Origin: Microthyrium microscopicum
Taxonomy: Eukaryota
DNA length: 64,000 nt
Direction of reading: 5' to 3'
NCBI GenBank assembly: GCA_010405405.1
Contig: MU004231.1
Coordinates: forward strand, 186,001 to 250,000
The stretch's first letter is position 1, and every line of letters starts with the position of its first letter. Made by a program: the position numbers and the translations under genes. Below, piece after piece: positions 55,204-64,000 of the stretch. A model generated the notes under the pieces. That model was not told the DNA's origin. It worked only from the letters and a program-made list of their open reading frames with translations, and did not search any database.

Positions 55204-57052
55204 ATGGTTCATCTTGCAGGCATTCCTACCGATCAGGACATTGCCCCAACTACCATCGGCGGTGAAAGTCTAGGAAAGCTCAAGCTTGACTCCATCGGTG
55301 AAGAAGATACTTTCACAACTACTGTCTATGGATCCAAATATGCTGCCTTGGATCTCCCCAAATATGAAATGCCCGAAACTGAAATGCCCCGCGAAGTAGC
55401 CTATCGTATGATCAAGTAAGCTTCGTGTCATACATCAGCCACTGATGATACAGAGACTAATGTGAATTAGGGACGACTTATCTCTCGATGGCAATCCCAC
55501 ACTCAATCTTGCGAGTTTCGTTACAACATACATGGAAGAAGAAGCCGAAAAGCTCATGATCGACGGCTTCAGCAAGAACTTCATTGACTACGAAGAGTAC
55601 CCAGTCTCAGCAGACATTCAAAACCGTTGCGTATCCATGATTGCACGACTTTACAATGCACCAGTGCATGAGGCTGATTCCAAAGTCATGGGCACCAGCA
55701 CAATCGGTAGCTCAGAGGCTATCATGCTGGGTGTTCTTGCTATGAAGAAGCGTTGGCAAAATCAGCGAAAGGCAGCCGGCAAGCCTTTTGACAAGCCAAA
55801 CCTTATCATGAACTCTGCAGTTCAGGTTTGCTGGGAAAAAGCCTGTCGATACTTTGACGTTGAAGAGAAATACGTCTTCTGCACCACTGAGCGATTTGTT
55901 ATTGATCCCAAGGAGGCTGTTGAGCTTATTGATGAGAATACCATTGGTATCTGTGCCATTCTTGGTTCAACTTTCAATGGAGAATACGAGTAAGTGCTCA
56001 TTCCTTTCGACTTAGTATACCCTGGCATTCGGGTGATTTCTCCCATCAAGTGCGATGGCTGCCATAACAATTCTTAAACAAAGAAGGCTCTAGTTCCCAT
56101 TGAGTGCGGTGGGGATTGCATCGTTTTTTGCAGACAAGATCAGATCTAGCAAAACAGTCACTGACCGTTATAGGGACGTCAAAGGCCTCAACGATGCGCT
56201 AGTTGAGAAGGGTCTAGATACCCCCATCCACGGTATGTACTCCTACTTATGCTAACAACATTGCTCACAAATTTGATAGTCGATGCCGCATCAGGCGGTT
56301 TCGTCGCTCCCTTCGTCAACCCCGATCTCGTCTGGGATTTCCGTCTCCCCAAGGTCGTCAGCATCAACGTCTCCGGCCACAAATACGGCCTCGTATACCC
56401 CGGTGTTGGCTGGGTCGTCTGGCGTGACCCAGAATATCTCCCCACCGAACTCATCTTCAACATCAACTACCTCGGCGCCGACCAAGCATCCTTCACTCTC
56501 AACTTTTCGAGAGGTGCCTCCCAGATCATCGGGCAATACTATCAGCTTATCCGTCTCGGCAAGCGCGGTTACCGTAGTATCATGATGAATCTCGTTCGCA
56601 CTGCAGACTACCTCAGCGCTGCCTTGGAGAAAATGGGGATGATCATCTTGAGCAAGACAGGTGGTGAAGGTTTACCTCTCGTCGCATGCCGTCTCGACCC
56701 ATCGAAAGAGCACCTATATGACGAATATGCCATTGCCCATCATCTACGAGAGCGTGGGTGGGTAGTGCCAGCATACACAATGGCTCCACACGCAGAGAAG
56801 ATGAAGCTGATGCGCGTGGTTGTGCGAGAAGATTTCACACGGTCGCGCTGTGATGCGCTGATCTGTGACTGGAAGTTAGCGATCGAGACACTTGATGCCA
56901 TGGATGCGGAGCGAATCAAGCAAAACAAGGAGCACCAGACGCGCTTCAAGGTGGTTGAGCATATGCGTCGTGGATCTGTGTTGAACACTCACTTTGCTGA
57001 TGAGGAACACAGTCTCAAGGGAAAACATGAGAAAACTCATGCTGTGTGCTAG
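55204..57052 (+). CDS. GAD1: Glutamate decarboxylase (PLP-dependent)
   Basis: Exons 55204-55415, 55471-55989, 56174-56232, 56280-57052. 'LNLASFVTTYME', 'GSSEAIML', 'HVDAASGGF', PLP lysine 'SGHKYG'. Confidence 0.96.
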
Positions 57053-57251
57053 AGCTTGCATTGGCTATGGTCCGAGTATGATAGCTTGTGTTCTGGCCTT
57101 ATGATCATGACTGAAAATGAAAAATAACAATCGAAAAGACGAGATGACAGAGGATATCTCTTTTCACTACATAGCTCCACAAAGAAATGATCAACTGAAT
57201 ATTATTTCTATCACGTCCGTAATTATACATACATTACAGGTGTATATACTA

Positions 57252-59003
57252 TCATCCTATTATCCGATGAACCATATCATATGTCACAGTGGGTATCTTC
57301 GCATTTTTCGACAAACGGCGCCAATTCTCCTCTGCCTGATCTCTCATCCCAAGCTTTGCAAACGCGCCAACTACACTCACGGGCAACAGGCCTGGTATAA
57401 ATACCTCTCCAGCCTCCTCCATGGGGGCCAACATCGTATCTGCGTATACATCCCACAGTTCCAGCAAGCGTCGTTGATTCCACTCGCCATCATCATTGCC
57501 GTGCTCGCCGAACCCACGAAATAGCAAATTCCACACCGCAGTCGTCAGCTTGATATCCGCTTGCGCCATCTCCACCAACAGTCCCATGACGCGTGCAAAG
57601 TCGCCATCTACTACAGCGTAGTACTTGATGAGCGGCAAATATGTCCTTTCATTGGGTACCATGTGCTCCTGCACCAGCCGTTGAACTGCCAGCCGCGTTT
57701 CAACAGGTAACCTAGGCCCCAATCGCAGTAGCTTGCGCACTCGCCGCTTCTCACGCCAGTCTACCATACGCCGTGAAGGAGTAATGGCGCCTCGAGGTCC
57801 ACAGCGCGCTTTGATTCGTGCGAGAACCTCGAGACCGGCTGCCACTTCACCAGAGACGACTAAGCCGCCAATGACAAGGTTCAGTACATCAATATCAATA
57901 ATATTTCCAGACTCTAGCATGGCAACGTAGGTTCGTAGGATACCTGCGCGATCGCGCTGGCGGCCGAGCGCGTAGATGCGAGCTGAGTATGCCATATAGT
58001 CAATTGGGCCACGACGCTGGAGTTCTTTCCAGAGATGTGTGGCCATATTGAAGTGCCCGGTCTTGGCAGCGGCGAGATATAAGATGGTCAGAGTGATGTG
58101 GTTGCCTTTTGTTTTATGCTGTTTCTCCATGCGGCGCCAGGTGCGTATAGCGTTGGTAAAGTCAGTCTCGCGAATGATGAGCGATGGCTTAAGACTGAGG
58201 TGTATCGCCGTGTCCCAAGCTGAGCGTGATATGTACAAATTGCTGCTGAGCATGTCGTCCATTATGTGCAAATAAGCGTTGACAAGGTCATGGTTCTGAT
58301 GCTCAATTAGATCCGGATTTGAGGCAGCGAGGTAGGAGACGATGCCGCGTAGAAGGCCTTCAGGGATATGATTTGGTCTTGGCTCTGGAAGCTGGAGATA
58401 TGTCTCGTAGACTGTTGACCATGGTGTATGGTTGGTTGACCTTTGGAGCATTTCGCGTAAGCAGTGGTGAATCCGTTTGATTGCCGGGTCAAACGGTTGT
58501 GCGGCATTGATGCTAATCGCACCTATTGTCTTCCGAGTTTGAGTAGCTTTTGGCAAAGAGCTGGCGATCGTTGGTTTGGCAGGCTCTGTCTCGTTGTAGA
58601 TATCAACGAGGCTGCGTAAGTTCTTTATCATTGCTTCGAGTTGTGCCGCGAGAGAAGGCCCTTTAATCTGGTTGGTTTCTAGCCGCTGAAAAGTAGAAGT
58701 GTCATCTTCTCCATTGGGCTTGGGTGGTTTGGTAAGTTCCGATGCTGCGCTTGCTATCGTCCTAATTTTGCCCACGAGCTGTGTTGTATGACTTGAGCTT
58801 TCCGATAGCCCTTGTTGACCAGTAAAGTCAACATTCTTGTTGTTCAAGCTCAATCCGCTGATCCGCGATCGCGTCCATAATGCGAAGGTCGCCACATTAG
58901 GACTGCACCCGTCTCGGCGGCGTTGTATGAATGGGCGAAGGATAGGAAATCGGAGGCGGGTTATGGTCGTTGTCGACGGAAATGGACAGCCCAGGATGAG
59001 CAT
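57252..59003 (-). CDS. Pentatricopeptide-repeat (PPR) protein, probably mitochondrial
   Basis: Arg-rich N-terminus; ~35-aa helical repeats ('NHITLTILYLAAAKTGHFNMA', 'DYMAYSARIYALGRQRDRAG', 'DIDVLNLVIGGLVVSGEVAAG', 'PNERTYLPLIKYYA'). Confidence 0.78.
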   Translation of the reverse strand: MLILGCPFPSTTTITRLRFPILRPFIQRRRDGCSPNVATFALWTRSRISGLSLNNKNVDFTGQQGLSESSSHTTQLVGKIRTIASAASELTKPPKPNGEDDTSTFQRLETNQIKGPSLAAQLEAMIKNLRSLVDIYNETEPAKPTIASSLPKATQTRKTIGAISINAAQPFDPAIKRIHHCLREMLQRSTNHTPWSTVYETYLQLPEPRPNHIPEGLLRGIVSYLAASNPDLIEHQNHDLVNAYLHIMDDMLSSNLYISRSAWDTAIHLSLKPSLIIRETDFTNAIRTWRRMEKQHKTKGNHITLTILYLAAAKTGHFNMATHLWKELQRRGPIDYMAYSARIYALGRQRDRAGILRTYVAMLESGNIIDIDVLNLVIGGLVVSGEVAAGLEVLARIKARCGPRGAITPSRRMVDWREKRRVRKLLRLGPRLPVETRLAVQRLVQEHMVPNERTYLPLIKYYAVVDGDFARVMGLLVEMAQADIKLTTAVWNLLFRGFGEHGNDDGEWNQRRLLELWDVYADTMLAPMEEAGEVFIPGLLPVSVVGAFAKLGMRDQAEENWRRLSKNAKIPTVTYDMVHRIIG

Positions 59004-59248
59004 AACATACTGCACAGAGTACTCATGCAGTTCTACTCGTCAAAATCTTCGGAGAGGTAGTAGTTGAACATGATCGAGGAAGGAAGTTGAGAAGAGTTCG
59101 AGATTCGGAGTTGGTCGCGGAGTTTTTGATCTCAAGCTGGAGCTTCGACCAGCCAATTGAAGCCCGAGAATTCGCCGTCTCCAAGCTCTCACACTCTCTC
59201 TTCTTAAACCTTTTTTATCGACAACAACCACGACCCACCCATTCCGCA

Positions 59249-60109
59249 ATGGGCAAACACGATTTCCGTCCTGTACAGGTCCTTCGGGCCGCTAATCAGC
59301 TCCTCGAAACAAAAGCGATGCGCATACCGCCGCCATGGCACAAGATCATGCACGATGTACCCCCAAGCGAGTCTGTTGTCAGACCAGTCAAAAGATTTGC
59401 CAATTTAAACAGCAAGAGATCAAGGAAATCTCGGAGGATGTTCCAGCCTCTAGAGATCACATATCCCGAAGACAAATTACGAACAACCTTTTTCAACGAC
59501 CACCCATGGGAATTGGCGCGACCAAAGGTTGTGCTTGAAGACGACGGCAACGATTCTAAAAACTGGGACTGGAGTAGAATTGAGCAACCGGGGAAAACAT
59601 TAGATGGTGAAAGGTATGAATGGTGGATTCAATTATCTGATTGAGCTAATTCAGTGTACAGCGTCGTTCGTCGACAAATGTGGTTAATAGAACACTTCGT
59701 CCCTGGACCTGGCGACGAACACCTAGACAGCGAAACGATTTCCCAACGGGCTTACGACCAGGCCCGCAAAGAATTTTACCAACTAAGATTAAGAGAAGAC
59801 GTGGAGCGCGAAGTGGCAAAAGAAGAGACAGTACATCTAGGCACAAGAGAAGACAAACTGTTTGCATGGAATCACATTGGAGAGAGCTTGAATGACAGAA
59901 GTTTGAAGGCAGAGGATGATGCATTTGAAGAATGGCGAGAGTGGGCTACCACTGATATGGAAGAAGAAGCCGCCAACCGCTCATCGTTATACTCTGGAGC
60001 GGGAGATGAGGATCCTTCTATTTCTGACGATGTGGCAGAGATCGCAACTGAATACCAGGAGACAGAAGCCGCTAGTGCAGCTGGAGGTCGAAATGCGAAT
60101 AAGGCTTGA
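59249..60109 (+). CDS. RSM25: Mitochondrial small-subunit ribosomal protein mS23
   Basis: Intron 59614-59661. 'PPPW..VPP', 'ITYPEDKLRTTFFNDHPWELARP', 'LDGESVVRRQMWL', 'AYDQARKEFYQLR'. Confidence 0.88.
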
Positions 60110-60501
60110 TAGCTGGCTACTGTCACCGTCAATGTAGCCAGAATTCAAAACGCTAGGCCATACCGCGGTCCTGGACATGCATCAAGAGGATTCATGACAA
60201 TCTTTTTTGACACGCCGATACTGTGGAAGCAGAAAAAGGTCGACATATCCGGACCATATATCATCACTTTCAAAGATCACATTACATGTGTTCTGTATCG
60301 AAAACTTGCATGAGAGAGACTTCGAGGGTTGTTTATATACATACATGTAGGATACCGAATATACCCCCAGCTCATTTTTGGTCATCAAAGGCTCTGATCA
60401 AGTTATAATACAGGAATTGGGTTCTGCCACGAGTCATTTTCATCCTTCGTCTCAAGGCCATTACCAGGTTCTTGGATCGTTTGTAGTTCATCAGGTCGTT
60501 T

Positions 60502-61917
60502 TCAGTTCGTTTTGCATCTACCCTTGTCGTCCTGTTTGAGGATCTCTTCCCTTATTTCAACATCTGCGCCCGAATCCCCCTCTCCTTCATGAAGAAGAGG
60601 AGTATGTTCAGAGGCGATTGTATCTTCCGATTGCGCGATGTGGCCGGATGGTGCTATGTTTTCCCTTGGAAGTAGGTGTGCGTCTTCTGATTGGGCTATC
60701 TGGTCCAAATCTTTTTCGACCAGGTGGTAGACCAACTTAAGGCTTTGTATCTGTCCTTCAGACTCTGCGTCGTTTTCCGGAACAAGTGTTGGAATCTGGG
60801 TGATAGTGCCGTCAAGTTGGGCGACCTGTTGTAATGGTTCCGGCACTGTTAGTTCTGAAGACTCCACAGGGGGTTCTTCCACTGTCGATTTTGGAGGCTC
60901 TTCCACTGTTGATATGTGAGGCTCTTCCACTATCGATTCTGGAAGCTCTTCCACTGTCGATTTGTGAGGTTCTTCCACTATCGATTTGGGAGGCTCTTCC
61001 GTCGCAGTGGCCGTTGGCTCTACTTCAGGCGAAGTTTGTTCTCGTTGACTGCGCTCATATTCTTGACGACACCGATGCTTGCATGCTGTACACACACTTC
61101 TCGAACACACTCTCGCAGCATATTTCCAACTACCCTCCACCCGCAAAATGTCCTTGCAATGATCGCAGTCTAAATGGAGCCGAACGACTTCAATCGACCC
61201 CTTACGATTCGCGATCGGCAATCCTTTGGAGCTTCGTGTCATCGGTATCATGTCTCCAGTATCATCATCTTTCAACATACCATCCAGCACTACCATCTTG
61301 TCAAATTTGCACCACCACATTGGCAATCCAGAAGTAGTCGTTCCCCGAAGACTCTGCATAGCTCCCACAGAATGTAATATACAACCCGGCCGAGCTGGAG
61401 ACATGGGGATAGCTTCTAGTTCTGGAACTGGATCTTCCAGTTTGCGTGACATAACAATCGGTCGGCCATGGTCATCCCGCATAGTGCCTTTTCTTTCGCG
61501 GCTGTGCCAGAGCGCAAATTTATTCGAGGCGCTGTCATCGCTCTTCGCGGAGCTGGCGACAGATCCACTTCGTTCTCGTTGCTGTCCGAAACTAGGGGAG
61601 TGGTTGAGATCTCGAAGATGGTGCGAGTCGATTCGACGAGGCGTATGGAACAGGTGGTGCTGAGCAACTTGTTGGGCTCCCCGGCCGGGAGAAGATGGAA
61701 GACTGTCATGTTTCTGAGAAGTTGGGGAATCGCTGGGCCCGTCGAGCCAAATGCCCGAGTCTCGTGGGCTCACGAGGTCTGTTTTCTGGGGAGTTGATTC
61801 ATTGGAGCCGCCATATGTTGAGTCTGCAGTACTATTTGTTCTGGAAGACCGCGAGCCGAGTTTGATATTGTCAACAAGTTGTTCAAAGGACGATTCTGAT
61901 GCCACTATTTGCGACAT
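60502..61917 (-). CDS. Hypothetical protein with Cys cluster and acidic 8-aa tandem repeats
   Basis: 471-aa intronless ORF: S-rich N-terminus, 'WWCKFDKMVVLDG..RSSKGL..CDHC..CSRSVCTAC..C', then EEPxxSxV repeats. Confidence 0.7.
   Translation of the reverse strand: MSQIVASESSFEQLVDNIKLGSRSSRTNSTADSTYGGSNESTPQKTDLVSPRDSGIWLDGPSDSPTSQKHDSLPSSPGRGAQQVAQHHLFHTPRRIDSHHLRDLNHSPSFGQQRERSGSVASSAKSDDSASNKFALWHSRERKGTMRDDHGRPIVMSRKLEDPVPELEAIPMSPARPGCILHSVGAMQSLRGTTTSGLPMWWCKFDKMVVLDGMLKDDDTGDMIPMTRSSKGLPIANRKGSIEVVRLHLDCDHCKDILRVEGSWKYAARVCSRSVCTACKHRCRQEYERSQREQTSPEVEPTATATEEPPKSIVEEPHKSTVEELPESIVEEPHISTVEEPPKSTVEEPPVESSELTVPEPLQQVAQLDGTITQIPTLVPENDAESEGQIQSLKLVYHLVEKDLDQIAQSEDAHLLPRENIAPSGHIAQSEDTIASEHTPLLHEGEGDSGADVEIREEILKQDDKGRCKTN
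60869..61000. repeat. 24-bp coding minisatellite, ~5.5 copies
   Basis: Repeated unit of the form GGYTCTTCCACTRTCGATTTKGGA encodes EEPPKSIV/EEPHKSTV/EELPESIV/EEPHISTV/EEPPKSTV/EEPP on the minus strand. Confidence 0.85.
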
Positions 61918-62860
61918 TTTGAATTTTATGTTAGGTTGAGATACTATGGGGAAAGAGTAAAATGTAGGTCACGAAGTAACACCAACAACTTTCAGCCTCG
62001 CAAGGCTTCCAATAATAGGAATTCAATATAGCGATGATTACAGGAAGATAACTTTCAGGGCTAACTGTTGTTGATACGACTGATGTTTCTGGCAATGCTC
62101 AAAGGACCAGTGGAAAGCGCAACTGAGCGGTTTGATATGGCGCCCAAGCGTCTATAGAATGTACCTTCCATCCACCACAGCTTCAGGCATAAAATAGAAC
62201 TGGGACTCTGCTCCAATGCCATTTCAAAGGAGCTTTATGGTCTTGCAAAAGAAACGAACCACACCTCATCGGCGTTAACGCAGAGTTTCAATGACAGGGG
62301 TGCAGTGATGGGCAGCACTTGATTTTGATGTTTGATTCGACAACTCGAAGATACCAGGGCACAACTTCTCCTGACGGCCATTAGAAGTCCAAACAGCAAA
62401 AGTTTATACCAAAAAGACTTACCAGTAAAAATGTAGCCAAACAAACGTGAACCGACTTCATAAAGAAGACAGAGAAGAAATTAAAATGATTAACAAGTGT
62501 GATATTTGATTCTCTCTACGTCGTTTCATCGACGGACTATCAAATCAACATGTCTTCTTCTCGCCACGACATGAATTCCTCTACTCCTCAGATCATCAGC
62601 CTGTCATTTGTCGATGGATATGGCAAACAATCCAATGCCTCGCAGCGTTTTCAAACGTCAGCGGTCCATCCAGTCTATCTTATGGCCGTACTTCTTCCAA
62701 TAACTGTCCATCATCGGTCTAGATATATCTCGTATGGTCACCTTCAAGTGACCAGGCTATCGTGACGGCAGACGCATCCGGCTCTTCCCAATGCTAATGT
62801 CGTGGATCTTGCTTTGAGGCATTTTTCATCTTCGTACCGATTCGAAATCCTCTCCACTCT

Positions 62861-63579
62861 TCACCCATTCTGATCACCATCAAGTCCAAAAACCTCCAAA
62901 CTCGGCGGAATCCTAAACAACAACGGCGCCTGTAGAACATGAACCACCAATTCCCCCGCCTTACCCGCCGTATTATAACCACCAAACTCTCCACATCTAT
63001 CCATGACCCTAGAATCCGTCAGTCCATCTATAAACTGAAGCCAATAAACCTCCTCAACGCGATATCCTATCCCCACTTCACACCACCCACACGCTCTCCC
63101 AACACAAACCACCAAACCACCAAACCACCAAACCACCATATCTCTGCACCCTCAGACACAGACTTACCAGCTCATAGCCCCAACAACATCCCTACACGCC
63201 ACCTTAACCTCATCCGGCGCCTTCCTACTCGTAACAACCACCACCGTCCTCTTCAACTCACACAACTTAAGCGGCATATCCGTCCCACACATCGCACCAT
63301 TCCCCTTCGATTTGAAGTGTGATATGCAGGATTTTAATTCAGTGCGGTCGATTTCGAGGGTGGGAACGCGGATGCAGGAGGGCGTTATGGTGGATTCGTG
63401 GGGTTTTTTGGATCGGACTGATGCTAGGGGGATGTTAGTATATGGAATCAAGTAAAGGTGATGGTATGGTATGTGTGGGGAGTATTACGGTCTAAGAGGA
63501 CGCCGATGGTGGAGGGTATGGCGAGGGTGTTGGTAAAGAGGGACGCTAGGATGAGGATGAGGATGAGGAGGTGGTTCAT
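62861..63579 (-). CDS. Small secreted cysteine-rich protein (164 aa, 6 Cys), effector-like
   Basis: Exons 63579-63489, 63423-63168, 63008-62861 (495 nt, frame preserved). Signal peptide MNHLLILILILASLFTNTLA; branch sites CTAAC and CTGAC before both acceptors. Confidence 0.82.
63104..63137. repeat. 8-bp intronic tandem repeat (AAACCACC) x ~4
   Basis: acaaaccaccaaaccaccaaaccaccaaaccacc inside intron 2 of the secreted-protein gene. Confidence 0.8.
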
Positions 63580-64000
63580 TGTGTGGTGAGATGATATCGT
63601 GACATGTTGTTCCTACACGACGACGGTTGTAAGGTGTCGTGAGAAGAATATTGTGGAAGTGTAGTTGGAACTTGGGATGTATAGCGCACATACGATAGAA
63701 CGAATCGGAAGCTGATGACGAGGATTCGGAGATTTCTACTATAGGTAACTGTATAAGCGATCAAGGTAGGGGACGGCAGAGCGGGAGGGTCACTGCGGGG
63801 ACACCAGTTTGGGACGAAGCTGTATCGTTTTTTATATGAATTGATGGCAAGGATGTTGTGGAGGCGGTACTATACTGGACCGGTTGTGGTGGAATGAGGG
63901 CTTAATATAGGAGATTGTGGTCTTGGATCACGAGGTATAGAAAGCCAGAGAGGGTATTGGTTGAGAATGTATATAGATCAATTGTTAACTATAAGCTACC

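Overview
Gene-dense, intron-rich genomic window from a filamentous ascomycete (Pezizomycotina-type GT..CTRAY..YAG introns; the species cannot be determined from sequence alone). About 22 protein-coding genes can be reconstructed: RING-H2 membrane E3 ligase, MFS transporter, Vip1-like RRM protein, tRNase Z, Aquarius helicase, complex I NUXM subunit, betaine-lipid synthase BTA1, a signal-peptide aldo-keto reductase, RER1, a SAM methyltransferase, GH125, M3 oligopeptidase, ECM11-domain protein, NDC80, STF2-like protein, adenine deaminase, a Zn2Cys6 factor, an F-box-like protein, glutamate decarboxylase, a PPR protein, RSM25/mS23, a Cys-motif orphan, and a small secreted Cys-rich protein. I found no tRNA/rRNA, CRISPR, intact transposon or secondary-metabolite cluster. 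The most unusual signals are: (i) a dispersed ~17-25 nt hairpin-forming motif (consensus about TCCCAYYRAVTGCGRTG) recurring in the over-long introns of unrelated genes and in convergent intergenic gaps; (ii) a CTG-initiated mitochondrial-type extension and a hidden in-frame cassette exon in tRNase Z; (iii) an apparently secreted AKR with a Cys-rich tail; (iv) a 3-exon effector-like protein absent as a whole from the ORF track; (v) a start codon split by an intron; (vi) repeated sharp C-rich to G-rich skew flips. All gene models and family calls were made by eye, without searches.
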